Source: Acidobacteriaceae bacterium
Lineage (GTDB): Bacteria; Acidobacteriota; Terriglobia; Terriglobales; Acidobacteriaceae
Direction of reading: 5' to 3'
Assembly (NCBI GenBank): GCA_030037475.1
Contig: JASHRH010000167.1
Span: 1 to 63,784 of the forward strand
DNA length: 63,784 nt
The position numbers and the translations under genes were made by a program. The notes beneath the pieces are model-generated. The model did not search any database. It saw only the letters and a list, made by a program, of their open reading frames with translations, and had not been told where the DNA came from. Positions within the stretch are counted from its first letter, which is position 1; every line of letters starts with the position of its first letter. Below are positions 33,748 to 43,596 of this stretch, piece after piece.

Positions 33748-36297
33748 ATGAGCCGCATGCCGCTCTGGAAATACTCCGGAATCGCCGCGCTCGCTCTGCT
33801 TTACGGAGTGACTGCGGCACAGCAGCCGGCTATCGCAGGCCGTCCTGCCCCGCCACCGCAGGTTAATGCCAATTCCATTGTCTTCATGGTGGTCGATGAG
33901 AATGGCCTCGCGGTTTCAGGCGCGCAGATCGTTGTTTCCCAGGCCGACCAGCCACCCGTGCGTCTCGCCACTGACTACGCTGGACACGCCTCCTGGGCTC
34001 CGGCAAGGCCAGGCGTGTTCAGCGTCGCTGTCTCCATACCCGGTTACTACGAGACCTCCGCCAGGGACCTCGACACCGAGGACAAGATCGTCAAACTCGC
34101 CCTCAGCCACGAGCAGCTTATCCAGCAGCAGGTCGATGTTACCGCCTCTGTCCCTGGTATCGATCCGGAAGAGATCTCCAACCGCACGACCATGACTACG
34201 CAGGAGATCGTTAATATTCCCTACCCGACGTACCGTGACATCCGCAATGTGTTGCCCTTTACGCCGGGGGTGGTGGCGGACAGCCTTGGGCAGATCCACG
34301 CCGCGGGCGGGAACACCTGGATGACGCTCGATATCCTCGACGGCTTCGACGTCCGCAATCCCATCTTCGGCACTTTCGATCTGCTCATCAGTCCGGATTC
34401 CGTGCGCTCCATCGACACGGAAACCACGCGATATCCGGTCCAGTACGGACGCAGCACGGCAGGCATCGTCGCGTTCACCACGGGCACGGGCGACAACAGG
34501 TTCCGCTACGATGCCACCAACTTCCTTCCATCCTTCCGCGATCAGGACGACATCCGTTTCGACACCTTCGAGCCGATCGTTACCCTCTCAGGACCACTGG
34601 TACGCAACCGGGTTTGGTACTTCGACGGCTTCGAACTGGAATACAACGATCAGTACTTTACCGGCTTGCCGTCCAATGCGGACACCAACCACCTGCTTCG
34701 TGGCGGCGACCTGCTCAAGTTTCAAACGAATCTCGGCTCGGCTAACAGCCTCACTACCGCTCTGCTCGCCAACGATTATCATTCCCCCTACGAAGGGCTC
34801 TCCGATCTGACCCCACAGGCAAGCACGGATAACCACGACATCATTGCCTGGCTGCCATATCTGCGTGACCAGCAGAGCTTCAAAAACGGCGTTGTGGTTG
34901 ACCTGGGCTTTGGCGATCTGCTCTATCGCGAGGGCTATGAGCCGTACGGGAACGCACCCTACGAACTCACTCCAAACGTGGCCAGCGGCAGCAGCTTCGA
35001 AACCCAAACCACGCGGACCCAGCGTTTCCAGGGATATGCCAATGCTTTCTTTCCGTCGCGGCACTGGCTGGGCTCCCATCAGCTTCGCGCCGGCATGGAA
35101 CTGGCGCACATCGGTCTCACCGACTCCTCCGCCTTTGCGCCTGTAAATTACCTGCGCCTCGACAACACCCTGACCCGCCGCAGCGTCTTTCCCGCTTTTG
35201 CCCCCTTCACGCTGCACAATGCCAGCCTGGGAGCATACGCCGAGGATCGCTGGACTCCCGGATCAGGACTACTGATCGAACCTGGGCTGCGCTTCGACTG
35301 GGATGAAATCGTCAGGTGGCCTCAGTTCTCGCCACGGATCGCCTTCAATTACTCGCCGGCTGGGCAGGAGAACACGACGAAATTCAGCGCTGGCATTGGT
35401 GTCTACTACGGGCAGACCGATCTTGCCTATCTAACCAGCGCCCGCAATGGCGTTCGCTATGACACGTATTACGCGACCGACGGCGTTACGCCTCTGGGCC
35501 TGACCGAGAAAACCACCTTCATCGCCGAAGACGGATTGCTCCATCAGCCACGCGCCGTCAACTGGAGCGTTGGCGTCCAGCACAGGCTTCCCGGGGATAT
35601 CTACGCCGGTCTGAACTTCATGCAGAGGCGCACTTCGGATTTGCTGGTATACGCCAATCAGAATGGCACCGGCGCCCAGCCCGGCAACTACCTTCTCACC
35701 AATAGCCGCCAGGACCACTTTCGCTCGATCGAAGTCGACGCTCGCAAGACGTTCCGCGGCGGCTACACGCTGTTCGCCGCGTATACCCGCTCCTCGGCGA
35801 CCACCAACGCCTCTCTGGACTATGCTCCCGCCGGCGGGACAACGCTCGGGCCGCCCTACAGTGGTATGCCGTCCAACCTGGGCCTCCAGCAGAGCGGCCC
35901 GCTGCCCTGGGATACGCCAAATCGCATCATCTCCTGGGGCTGGCTCCCCACCTGGGTTCCCTTTTTCCCCTCTGTACGCAAAAACTGGGACTTTGTTTAT
36001 ACGTTCCTCTGGAACACAGGCTTTCCGTTCGATGCGGTCGATGCGAACCAGATCCTCGTCGGAGCGCCAGGCGTTTACCGTTTTCCGGATTTCTTCGACT
36101 TCAGCCCCGGGCTTGAGTGGCGTTTCCACTTTCGCGGCAGATATTTCGGCCTCCGCGGCACGTATCTGAACGCCACGAACAGCCTCGATCCCTACGTGGT
36201 CAACAACAACATCGATTCGCCGCAATTCCTTACCTCTTCACAGCCGCTCGGCCGGGCTTTCGTCACCCGCATCCGGCTTATCCAGTCTTCGAAATAG
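33748..36297 (+). CDS. TonB-dependent-receptor-like outer-membrane protein with N-terminal carboxypeptidase-regulatory-like domain
   Basis: A signal peptide is followed by ...IVFMVVDENGLAVSGAQIVVSQ... (CarboxypepD_reg-like). The remainder is a long beta-rich region with alternating aromatic residues ending ...FVTRIRLIQSSK. This architecture is common in Acidobacteriota. Confidence 0.7.
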   Translation: MSRMPLWKYSGIAALALLYGVTAAQQPAIAGRPAPPPQVNANSIVFMVVDENGLAVSGAQIVVSQADQPPVRLATDYAGHASWAPARPGVFSVAVSIPGYYETSARDLDTEDKIVKLALSHEQLIQQQVDVTASVPGIDPEEISNRTTMTTQEIVNIPYPTYRDIRNVLPFTPGVVADSLGQIHAAGGNTWMTLDILDGFDVRNPIFGTFDLLISPDSVRSIDTETTRYPVQYGRSTAGIVAFTTGTGDNRFRYDATNFLPSFRDQDDIRFDTFEPIVTLSGPLVRNRVWYFDGFELEYNDQYFTGLPSNADTNHLLRGGDLLKFQTNLGSANSLTTALLANDYHSPYEGLSDLTPQASTDNHDIIAWLPYLRDQQSFKNGVVVDLGFGDLLYREGYEPYGNAPYELTPNVASGSSFETQTTRTQRFQGYANAFFPSRHWLGSHQLRAGMELAHIGLTDSSAFAPVNYLRLDNTLTRRSVFPAFAPFTLHNASLGAYAEDRWTPGSGLLIEPGLRFDWDEIVRWPQFSPRIAFNYSPAGQENTTKFSAGIGVYYGQTDLAYLTSARNGVRYDTYYATDGVTPLGLTEKTTFIAEDGLLHQPRAVNWSVGVQHRLPGDIYAGLNFMQRRTSDLLVYANQNGTGAQPGNYLLTNSRQDHFRSIEVDARKTFRGGYTLFAAYTRSSATTNASLDYAPAGGTTLGPPYSGMPSNLGLQQSGPLPWDTPNRIISWGWLPTWVPFFPSVRKNWDFVYTFLWNTGFPFDAVDANQILVGAPGVYRFPDFFDFSPGLEWRFHFRGRYFGLRGTYLNATNSLDPYVVNNNIDSPQFLTSSQPLGRAFVTRIRLIQSSK

Positions 36298-36585
36298 CCG
36301 TCCTGCCTGAGGCCGACTCCGGTTCAGAAACTACAACTGGTCTTATCAATGCACCGCGCCTGGAAACGGCTCAGGTGTGAACCCGCCATCGAAGCGGGTC
36401 GCAAGCTGCTCCCGAAGCCGAAATCCTGTTGATGCGACCAGTTCCAGTTAAAGTCTTGTAAGGAAAAGCCCCCACCTGGTCCATTTTTCAGGAGGTCATG
36501 GTATCTTGCTGTTGCCACGGTCTTGTCAACGCGGCGCGTCCCGTACTGCATCCCACTCATGCGGTTCGGAATGGTCATGCTCAAC

Positions 36586-36615
36586 TTGTCAGCGTCCGTC
36601 GCGGCTTTCTATAAT
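36586..36615 (+). promoter_or_regulatory. Candidate sigma70-type promoter (TTGTCA - 18 nt - TATAAT)
   Basis: TTGTCA at 36586-36591 and TATAAT at 36610-36615, about 130 nt upstream of the ATG at 36746. Acidobacterial promoter rules are poorly known, so this is a weak call. Confidence 0.3.
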
Positions 36616-36745
36616 CCGGCATCATCACAGGACAGCAGGCCGGATGGCCGTGAGGCGCCGGGCGGCCGTCGGAGTTGTGGGTGCCCCTCAGGGCTGCCTC
36701 AAAGACTTGAGTTTTGAATCATAAGGATTTTCCCAGGAGCGTTGA

Positions 36746-38206
36746 ATGAAGAAGCTCGCGATTGCCACGGTTGCCCTCATCGGCCTTGGCTACCTTGCGA
36801 CGGCCGGCTCGGCCGCCCTCGCGCAAACTGCCTCTAATCCCTGCCAGGGCATCACGATCAAGGATCCCGCCGAGTACAACGCCTACACGAATGCCATCAG
36901 CCAGTCCACGCCCCAGGCGAAGGCTCAGGCGATTCAGGCTTTTCTCCAGCAGTACCCCAACAGCGTGGTCAAAGTAGATCTGCTCCGCACGCTCATGGGC
37001 ATCGATCAGTCCATCAGCCCCGAAGCTACGCTGGACGCGGCCAGGCAACTGAACGCCGCTGACCCTACCGACCTGCGCGCTCTGTTCGTCATCGTTTATC
37101 TCGAGCACCAGCAGGCCAATGGCAACGTGGCGAAGCTGGATGAGGCCGCAGCCGACGCCCGAAAAGGCCTCAGCGCTCCCAAAGGGCAGTGCATGTCGGA
37201 GGCCGACTACGAGAAGGTGAAGGACGCGGTCACTCCCAGCTTCTACAGCGCGATCGGCGCAGACGATTTCGCCGGGAAGGACTATCAGGGCGCTGTTATG
37301 GCATACACCAAAGAGCTGCAGTCGTATCAGAACCCGGAGCAGACCACGGCCATGCCGGCTCCGGTCGACACCTACTATCTCGGTCAGTCCTATCTGAATG
37401 AGAATCCGCGCGACCTGAAGAACGCGATCTGGTTCCTGGTGCGCGCCGCGGATTTTTATCCCCAGGCCAAATCGCAGATCGATTCCGCCGCCCAATATTG
37501 GTACAAGAAGTATCACTGCGCCGTCACGGACGCAACCTGCATTAACGGCAATCCTCCGCCTGGATTCTCGGATATCGAGCAGTTGGCCTCAGCGCCCGCC
37601 AACGCCTTCCCGCCCGCGGCATACAACCCGACGCCGGCGCCCCCGCCGCCGTCGCCTGCCGATCTGGCGCACCAGGCGATCGTGAACACGGCAGGTTGCA
37701 CAGGGGTGACACCCGCTCCGCCGCCAGCCGCCCCGGCCAACAGCGCCGCAGCGACGCCTGAGCCGGCTCCGGCAGCTGCTCCGCCTGCACCGGCTTCCTT
37801 TCCGGCTACATGCACGAATGCGCTCAAGCAAACCCTCGGCCTTTCGGATGAGGAATTCATCCTGGCCAACGGGGACGAGCAGGATCAGCAACTGATCTGG
37901 GGCATCATGAACGGTGTCACCGCTCAGGTTCCCGGGATCGTGGTCTCGGCTTCGTCCGATGGGACGTCCGTCCAGCTCGCTGTTTCCGAGGATGCCCAGC
38001 ACTCCAACACCGCGGATTTCACCATCAATATGAAGCCCGTGCTGAAGGAGAAAGAAATTCCGGCAGCGGGAGCCAAGGTGACGTACATTGCTACCTTCGA
38101 CTCCTACACACAGAAGCCGCTCATGATCATCATGAAGGATGGGGCGCCGCCCACACCCACTCGCCGCACTGCGGCACACCATCCCGTACGCCATCACCAG
38201 CAGTAA
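36746..38206 (+). CDS. Secreted hypothetical protein: helical (TPR-like) N-domain, Pro/Ala-rich linker, C-terminal beta-rich domain
   Basis: Signal peptide MKKLAIATVALIGLGYLATAGSAALAQ. Linker ...NPTPAPPPPSPADL...[29 protein letters not shown]... Coding-like composition. A strong terminator follows. Confidence 0.6.
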   Translation: MKKLAIATVALIGLGYLATAGSAALAQTASNPCQGITIKDPAEYNAYTNAISQSTPQAKAQAIQAFLQQYPNSVVKVDLLRTLMGIDQSISPEATLDAARQLNAADPTDLRALFVIVYLEHQQANGNVAKLDEAAADARKGLSAPKGQCMSEADYEKVKDAVTPSFYSAIGADDFAGKDYQGAVMAYTKELQSYQNPEQTTAMPAPVDTYYLGQSYLNENPRDLKNAIWFLVRAADFYPQAKSQIDSAAQYWYKKYHCAVTDATCINGNPPPGFSDIEQLASAPANAFPPAAYNPTPAPPPPSPADLAHQAIVNTAGCTGVTPAPPPAAPANSAAATPEPAPAAAPPAPASFPATCTNALKQTLGLSDEEFILANGDEQDQQLIWGIMNGVTAQVPGIVVSASSDGTSVQLAVSEDAQHSNTADFTINMKPVLKEKEIPAAGAKVTYIATFDSYTQKPLMIIMKDGAPPTPTRRTAAHHPVRHHQQ

Positions 38207-38231
38207 TCTGATGTTTGGTTTCGGACCTGAG

Positions 38232-38257
38232 GGGCAGCCCGCGCGGCTGCCCTTTTT
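38232..38257 (+). terminator. Rho-independent terminator
   Basis: GGGCAGCC-cgcgc-GGCTGCCC stem-loop (38232-38252) followed by TTTTT (38253-38257), 26 nt after the stop at 38206. Confidence 0.7.
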
Positions 38258-38277
38258 GTTGCTACATTGAAGAAGAA

Positions 38278-39144
38278 ATGTCTCTCCGGATTCGCAGGAG
38301 CCGCGCGGCAAGGCTCGCCGCTGGTCTTTTCCTGAGCGCCTTCGGCCTTGCAGCCGGCTTTCAGAGCCGCGCACAACAGGGTTCCGTATCAGCCTGGATT
38401 ACTCTCGGCGACCGTTCCGCCTTGGTCATGAGCGCTGCCGACGCCAACCGGCTTCGCGCCCAGCGGGGCGCCGTCGCCGAGGAATCCACCTTCTTCGGCT
38501 ATGACCTTTCGCTTCCCGGCTGGCGGTATACCCAGGCTGTTTGTCCTGAAATCCCGGACTACCTCATCCTCCATTACCGCCGCACATCCCGCAATGACGC
38601 CCAGTCGCTCTTCACCGCGCTGGTTCCGCGCCGCTCCGGACGAGTCCAGGTGATACCGGTTCTCTATCGCAACGCCACGCCGTTCCGATCCGCCGTGGAC
38701 AGCGAGCGTAGTTTTTCCGTCTTCAACCGCGTTGTTCCCTCCTCAGTGGCCGAAAAGGACTTGCAACCTGAGGCTTCATGGCTTGAGCTTGCCCTCTGCT
38801 ACGCGGAGATTGCAGGTGCCGAGCCCCGCGTTCTCCGAGAGATGGATACGAATGCAGCTCTGTTGCGCGCGCCGGCTCCTGCCCTTCAGGTTTCGGAAGT
38901 GAACCACACCGCCAACGTCCTCTTCACTGACCGCAGCGCCCAGCACAGCTACACCGTTTGGAACGTCACCTTCGACAGTCACGGAAGGGTCATGGCGGCC
39001 ACGGCTATCACGCTGTCGGATTACGTGGCCCGCGTCCTCAGTGGAAAGCCGCCTAAAGGAAAGCCCTTTCCGTCCGGAGCCCAGCCGAAAGTCATTCCCA
39101 TGCCACCAGTGGCGGCACCGAAGACGAAACCCGTCCCGCAGTAG
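38278..39144 (+). CDS. Secreted hypothetical protein
   Basis: Start chosen at MSLRIRRSRAARLAAGLFLSAFGLAAGFQSRAQQ (signal-peptide-like), downstream of the terminator. The tail is Lys/Pro-rich. I recognise no family. Confidence 0.55.
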   Translation: MSLRIRRSRAARLAAGLFLSAFGLAAGFQSRAQQGSVSAWITLGDRSALVMSAADANRLRAQRGAVAEESTFFGYDLSLPGWRYTQAVCPEIPDYLILHYRRTSRNDAQSLFTALVPRRSGRVQVIPVLYRNATPFRSAVDSERSFSVFNRVVPSSVAEKDLQPEASWLELALCYAEIAGAEPRVLREMDTNAALLRAPAPALQVSEVNHTANVLFTDRSAQHSYTVWNVTFDSHGRVMAATAITLSDYVARVLSGKPPKGKPFPSGAQPKVIPMPPVAAPKTKPVPQ

Positions 39145-39259
39145 CCGCTGGATCTCCAGCAGCCAGGTTTGAAGCGGCCGGATTCCGGGATTTCCGGCGC
39201 CCAGCAGGCATCTTGCGCCATTGGACTGCCCGGCCTACTATGCTCCGCGGAGGTTCTCC

Positions 39260-39718
39260 ATGGACTCCGATCGCATCGACGGCAGGACCGAGCTCGCTGC
39301 ATCTGTTTCCCGCGTCTGGCGCGCCCTGACCAATTCCACCGAATTCGGCGCCTGGTTCGGCGTCCGCTTCGACAGCCCGTTCCAGACCGGTCACGAATCC
39401 GTCGGCCAGGTGGTCACTCCCGGCATGGAGCACCTCACCTGGCGCGCAGTCATTCAGGACATCGAGCCGGAGCAGTACTTCGCCTTCACCTGGCATCCGT
39501 ACGCCATCGACCCCGACCGTGATTATTCCGAAGAGGTTCCTACACTGGTGGAATTCCGCCTTGCGCCTACGCCTTCCGGCGGGACGCTCCTCACCCTCGC
39601 GGAGTCGGGCTTCGAGGATCTCCCCGACGCGCGGCGCGCCGAAGCGCACGCCATGCACCAGCAGGGCTGGTCGCAGCAAATGAAGAACATCCGCGCATAC
39701 CTCGACGAACACCCCTGA
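39260..39718 (+). CDS. SRPBCC-superfamily protein (AHSA1/START-like)
   Basis: MDSDRIDGRTELAASVSRVWRALTNSTEFGAWFGVRF... and ...FAFTWHPY... plus ...GGTLLTLAESGFEDLP...GWSQQMKNIRAYL resemble Aha1/SRPBCC domain proteins. Confidence 0.7.
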   Translation: MDSDRIDGRTELAASVSRVWRALTNSTEFGAWFGVRFDSPFQTGHESVGQVVTPGMEHLTWRAVIQDIEPEQYFAFTWHPYAIDPDRDYSEEVPTLVEFRLAPTPSGGTLLTLAESGFEDLPDARRAEAHAMHQQGWSQQMKNIRAYLDEHP

Positions 39719-39826
39719 TCGCTGGCAGTCGATCTGCGCGTCTCCTTACTCCCTTCTCTTGACGCGCGGCCCGCGCCTGTCGCCTACTGTTGATCGGTGG
39801 TTTTAATCCCCGGTAAGGAGTGCCCC

Positions 39827-40339
39827 ATGTTTCGCAGAGTATTGCCGTGTGCCGCTCTCATCGCCCTTTTCGCACCCGCGCTTCTGGCGCAGGGAGTCAC
39901 CGTCTGCGTGTTTCAGGGCAAAGAATCGCATGACATCGCGACCCAGTACGCGTCCGACCCCCAGAATGTCGCCACTGCTCTCTCCGGGCAGACCCTGCCT
40001 AGCGGCGGCACGATTCAGGCCATCGCGGTTCCCGACGTAGAGCCGAAACAGCAGGATGACGCGGCTCAGAGTCACAACTGTGGCTACATCATCAGCGTCC
40101 ATCGAACCGAGATTTTGGCCGCTCCCGCAGGCGTGGCCGGCAACATGGACGCAGGTGGGGTTGGGAGCGGACACATCAACCAGTCTGCGATGAACCAGCA
40201 GAACGACACCCACCTCGATTACATTCTGCGCAGGACCGGGTCGAAGAAAAAGCTGCTCAATGGCGAAAGCGACAGCTCCTCGCCGTGGAACCATGTCGCC
40301 AGTGAGGCGGTGAAAAAGCTGGCGCGCGAGGAAAAGTAG
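39827..40339 (+). CDS. Secreted hypothetical protein
   Basis: Start chosen at MFRRVLPCAALIALFAPALLAQG (signal peptide). No recognisable family. Confidence 0.5.
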   Translation: MFRRVLPCAALIALFAPALLAQGVTVCVFQGKESHDIATQYASDPQNVATALSGQTLPSGGTIQAIAVPDVEPKQQDDAAQSHNCGYIISVHRTEILAAPAGVAGNMDAGGVGSGHINQSAMNQQNDTHLDYILRRTGSKKKLLNGESDSSSPWNHVASEAVKKLAREEK

Positions 40340-40413
40340 CGGAAGTATTGCGGAGAAATCCGGGCGCTGCCCCCCGGATGCTTCATCCGTGCTGGGCGCC
40401 CTGGTCTTGTCCA

Positions 40414-41325
40414 CTATCCGACGAAATCTACCTTCACCGGGTGAGGAATGATGCCGCGCTCATGGCCCATGGTCAGCAGCCGCCGGATTGCCTCCCGGCC
40501 CTCGGGGCCGTAGTTCAGCGTCCGCTCGTTCACGTACATGCCCACGAATTTGTCGGCGAGGCTGGTATCCAGGTCGCGCGCGAACTGCATCGCGTAATCC
40601 AGCGCCTCATTTCGGTGATCCAGCCCATATTGAATGCTGTCCCGCAGCGCCTGCGTGACCCTTTGCATGGCCTCCTCGCCGAGCGAGCGCCGGATGGCAT
40701 TCCCACCAAGGGGCAGCGGCAGCCTGGTCTGTTCCCGCCACCACACGCCCAGATCCAGAATCCGGTGCAGCCCGCTCTGTGGATACGTCAATTGCCCCTC
40801 ATGGATGATCAGCCCGGCCGCGAAATTTCCGGCCAGCACCTGCGGGATGATCTGGTCGAAGGGCACTACCGCCGTCTCGATCTCCGGCGCAAAGAGCTTC
40901 AGCGTCAGATACGCGGTGGTCAACGTCCCCGGTACCGCGATCCGCACCCTGCGGATCTCGTCCAGGTCGAAGGGCGTGGCGGCGACAATCATCGGCCCGT
41001 AGCCCTCGCCAACTGAGCCGCCGCAGGCCATCAGTGCATAGTTGTCCTGCATGTACGGATATGCGTGGAATGAAATGGCCGTTACGTCGAAGAAGGCCTC
41101 CCGGATCGCGCGCTGATTCAGGGTCTCGATGTCGCAAAGAACGTGGGTGAACTTGTACCGATTCACCCGCACCTTGCTCGTTGCCAGCCCGTAAAACATG
41201 AAGGCGTCGTCGGAGTCGGGGCTGTGGGCAATGCTGATTTCGCGGGTGGCAGTGGCGGCGGGGGTTTCCGCCGTGGAAGAAGTGGCGCTCACGGAACAAC
41301 CTCTCTGATCGTGCGTACCCTTCAT
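40414..41325 (-). CDS. MqnA/MqnD-family protein (futalosine-pathway menaquinone biosynthesis, periplasmic-binding-protein-like fold)
   Basis: ...ISIAHSPDSDDAFMFYGL...HVLCDIETLNQRA... resembles the MqnA/MqnD SPCPNDTF...DIETLN pattern. Start set at MKGTHDQ (41325). The longer ORF to 41550 is Arg-rich and overlaps the divergent gene's upstream region. Confidence 0.65.
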   Translation of the reverse strand: MKGTHDQRGCSVSATSSTAETPAATATREISIAHSPDSDDAFMFYGLATSKVRVNRYKFTHVLCDIETLNQRAIREAFFDVTAISFHAYPYMQDNYALMACGGSVGEGYGPMIVAATPFDLDEIRRVRIAVPGTLTTAYLTLKLFAPEIETAVVPFDQIIPQVLAGNFAAGLIIHEGQLTYPQSGLHRILDLGVWWREQTRLPLPLGGNAIRRSLGEEAMQRVTQALRDSIQYGLDHRNEALDYAMQFARDLDTSLADKFVGMYVNERTLNYGPEGREAIRRLLTMGHERGIIPHPVKVDFVG

Positions 41326-41427
41326 TGTCCTATAAACGCCTGCGGATTTCTCTCCGCGGCGCCCACTTTCGGGCCGTGGAGCTGTCGGCTTGTGCCTGCG
41401 GCCTACAATAAGAGACGGCCTTTCGTT

Positions 41428-43587
41428 ATGCGTCTTCGCCCCGCTCTTTCGCTGCCCGGCGCGCTGCTGCTGTTCGCCGCTGCTGCTCACGCCGCGGCAG
41501 TGCCGGCTCCGCGCCCTGCTGCTGCGCATCCCACGCTCACCGCAAAGCACGTCAGCGTCACGCTGCTGATCCCGCCCCGGCAGTTATATCCCGGCGAAAC
41601 GTTCGCCGCCGGTCTCGAGTTCCAGATGGAATCCGGCTGGCACGTCTACTGGATCAATGCCGGCGACTCCGGCGAACCCCCGGCGGCGCAATGGACACTT
41701 CCTGCCGGCATGACAGCCGACTCCATGGAGTTTCCGCCGCCGCAGCGCCTGCCGCTCGGTCCGCTCATGGATTTCGGTTACGAAAACCAGGTCGTCTTTC
41801 CTGTGCCCATGCGGGTCGCCGCCAATTTCCATCCCTCCGCGTCCGAGGCGCGAATCGCCGCACACCTGACCTGGCTCATCTGCCGTGAAGTCTGCATTCC
41901 CGAGAAGGGCGATCTCTCGGTCAACCGTACCGTCCTCGGCGCCGCTCCCGCCGTTTCCGTTGCCGACCCTGCGGCACAGGCTCTCATTGCCCACTTTGAA
42001 AACCAACTGCCGAAGCCGCTGCCCTCCGGCGACTCGGCTCGTTTCCGCTCGACGCCGCAGGGCTTTGTCCTCGATGTGCAGACTGGTTTCCGAGAATTAA
42101 CCGCCCAGTTTTTCCCTCTCGACGAGTCTGTGATCGCCAACGCCGCGCCGCAGCCGGCTAAGCCATTGGCTCGCGGCGTCCAGCTCACGCTGATCAGGGA
42201 CCAAAGCCTGCAATCGCCACCCCGGCAACTCAACGGGCTACTCGAGCTGCCGGGAGGCGCGGCATACCTCATCCATGCCACGCCCGGCTCTTTGCCGCAG
42301 AGCATTGGGATCGGCGGCTCCTTCGGCCATCTTGCGGGAATCCTCGGTTTTGCCTTTCTTGGCGGCATGATCCTCAACCTGATGCCCTGCGTTTTCCCGG
42401 TGCTGTTTATCAAAGGGCTGGCGCTGGTGCAGTCGTCGCAGCAGGAGCGCCGGCATCTCCGTGTGCATGGCTGGATTTATACGCTGGGGATTGTCGTGTC
42501 GTTCTGGATGGTCGTGGCCATTCTCGTCAGTTTGCGCGCCGCCGGCCGACAGCTTGGCTGGGGATTTCAGTTCCAGTCTCCAATCTTCCTGGCGATGATC
42601 GCGCTGCTGTTCTTCTTCCTTGGCCTCGCGCTTGCGGGGCAGTTTGAGATTGGGCTCTCGCTGACCAGCGCCGGCGGCTCGTTCGCGCAGAAGCAGGGTT
42701 TTGCGGGCAGCTTTTTCACCGGCGTGCTGGCCATGGTGGTCGCCACGCCATGTACGGCGCCCTTCATGGGCGCGGCCATTGGCTACGCGCTGGCACATTC
42801 GGCCGCCGTGAGTTTCGCCGTTTTCACTGCGCTCGCCCTAGGTCTCGCTGCGCCGTTTCTCCTGCTCGCGTACTTTCCCGGCTGGGCGCGTCTGCTGCCA
42901 AAGCCGGGACGCTGGATGGAGACCGTCAAGCAGGCCATTTCCATTCCCATTTTTGCCACCGCCATCTGGCTGGTCTGGGTCTTCGGACAGGTGGCCGGAA
43001 TTACAGCACTCGGTTTCCTGCTTGCGGCATTCCTGTTGCTGGCCATCGCGGGATGGTTCCTGGGCCACTGGCCGGGCCAACGCATACCGTCCATTGTGGC
43101 TGTGTTGGTCCTGATTGCCGCCGTGGGCGTGCCGATATGGGCAGTACAACAATTCGACACGAGGAACGCCGGCGCCGTGACAGTGATCGGCCGCTCGAAT
43201 GCCGGCGCGCCCAGTGTCTGGCAGCCCTTCAGTCCGGCCCTGCTGGCGCGGGAACGCGCCGAGGGGCGAGCGGTCTTCGTCGATTTCACGGCAAGCTGGT
43301 GCCTGAGCTGCCAGGTGAACGAGCGCCTCATCCTCGACAGCCCCGAAGTGGAGCAGAAGTTCCAGTCCAGCGGAGTCGCTCTGCTGCGCGCCGACTGGAC
43401 CGATCAGAATCCCGTCATCACCCAGGCGCTCGCCGCGCTGGGCCGGAGCGGCGTCCCCACTTACGCCATCTATCCGGCAGATCCTTCCGCACCGCCGCAG
43501 GTGCTGCCGGAGATCCTCACCCGCGGCATTGTGCTTTCTGGTCTGGAAGCTCTGCCCCATACCACCACAATCGCCTCGGCACAGTGA
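41428..43587 (+). CDS. Thiol:disulfide interchange protein, DsbD/ScsB-like (N-terminal DsbD-alpha-like domain, CcdA-type membrane core, C-terminal thioredoxin)
   Basis: Start chosen at MRLRPALSLPGALLLFAAAAHA (signal peptide). ...WLICREVCIPEKG... marks the N-domain. The membrane core has LMPCVFPVL and ATPCTAPFMG. The C-terminal thioredoxin has FTASWCLSCQVNE (CxxC). Confidence 0.85.
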   Translation: MRLRPALSLPGALLLFAAAAHAAAVPAPRPAAAHPTLTAKHVSVTLLIPPRQLYPGETFAAGLEFQMESGWHVYWINAGDSGEPPAAQWTLPAGMTADSMEFPPPQRLPLGPLMDFGYENQVVFPVPMRVAANFHPSASEARIAAHLTWLICREVCIPEKGDLSVNRTVLGAAPAVSVADPAAQALIAHFENQLPKPLPSGDSARFRSTPQGFVLDVQTGFRELTAQFFPLDESVIANAAPQPAKPLARGVQLTLIRDQSLQSPPRQLNGLLELPGGAAYLIHATPGSLPQSIGIGGSFGHLAGILGFAFLGGMILNLMPCVFPVLFIKGLALVQSSQQERRHLRVHGWIYTLGIVVSFWMVVAILVSLRAAGRQLGWGFQFQSPIFLAMIALLFFFLGLALAGQFEIGLSLTSAGGSFAQKQGFAGSFFTGVLAMVVATPCTAPFMGAAIGYALAHSAAVSFAVFTALALGLAAPFLLLAYFPGWARLLPKPGRWMETVKQAISIPIFATAIWLVWVFGQVAGITALGFLLAAFLLLAIAGWFLGHWPGQRIPSIVAVLVLIAAVGVPIWAVQQFDTRNAGAVTVIGRSNAGAPSVWQPFSPALLARERAEGRAVFVDFTASWCLSCQVNERLILDSPEVEQKFQSSGVALLRADWTDQNPVITQALAALGRSGVPTYAIYPADPSAPPQVLPEILTRGIVLSGLEALPHTTTIASAQ

Positions 43588-43596
43588 GCCGGCTGA

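Noticed and set aside
40414-41550. Long N-terminal extensions of the divergent MqnA/D-like (to 41550) and DsbD-like (from 41143) ORFs, which would overlap each other by about 400 nt
   Set aside because: The extensions are Arg/Gly/Ser-rich and lack features. Internal starts at 41325 and 41428 give, respectively, a sensible N-terminus and a classical signal peptide.
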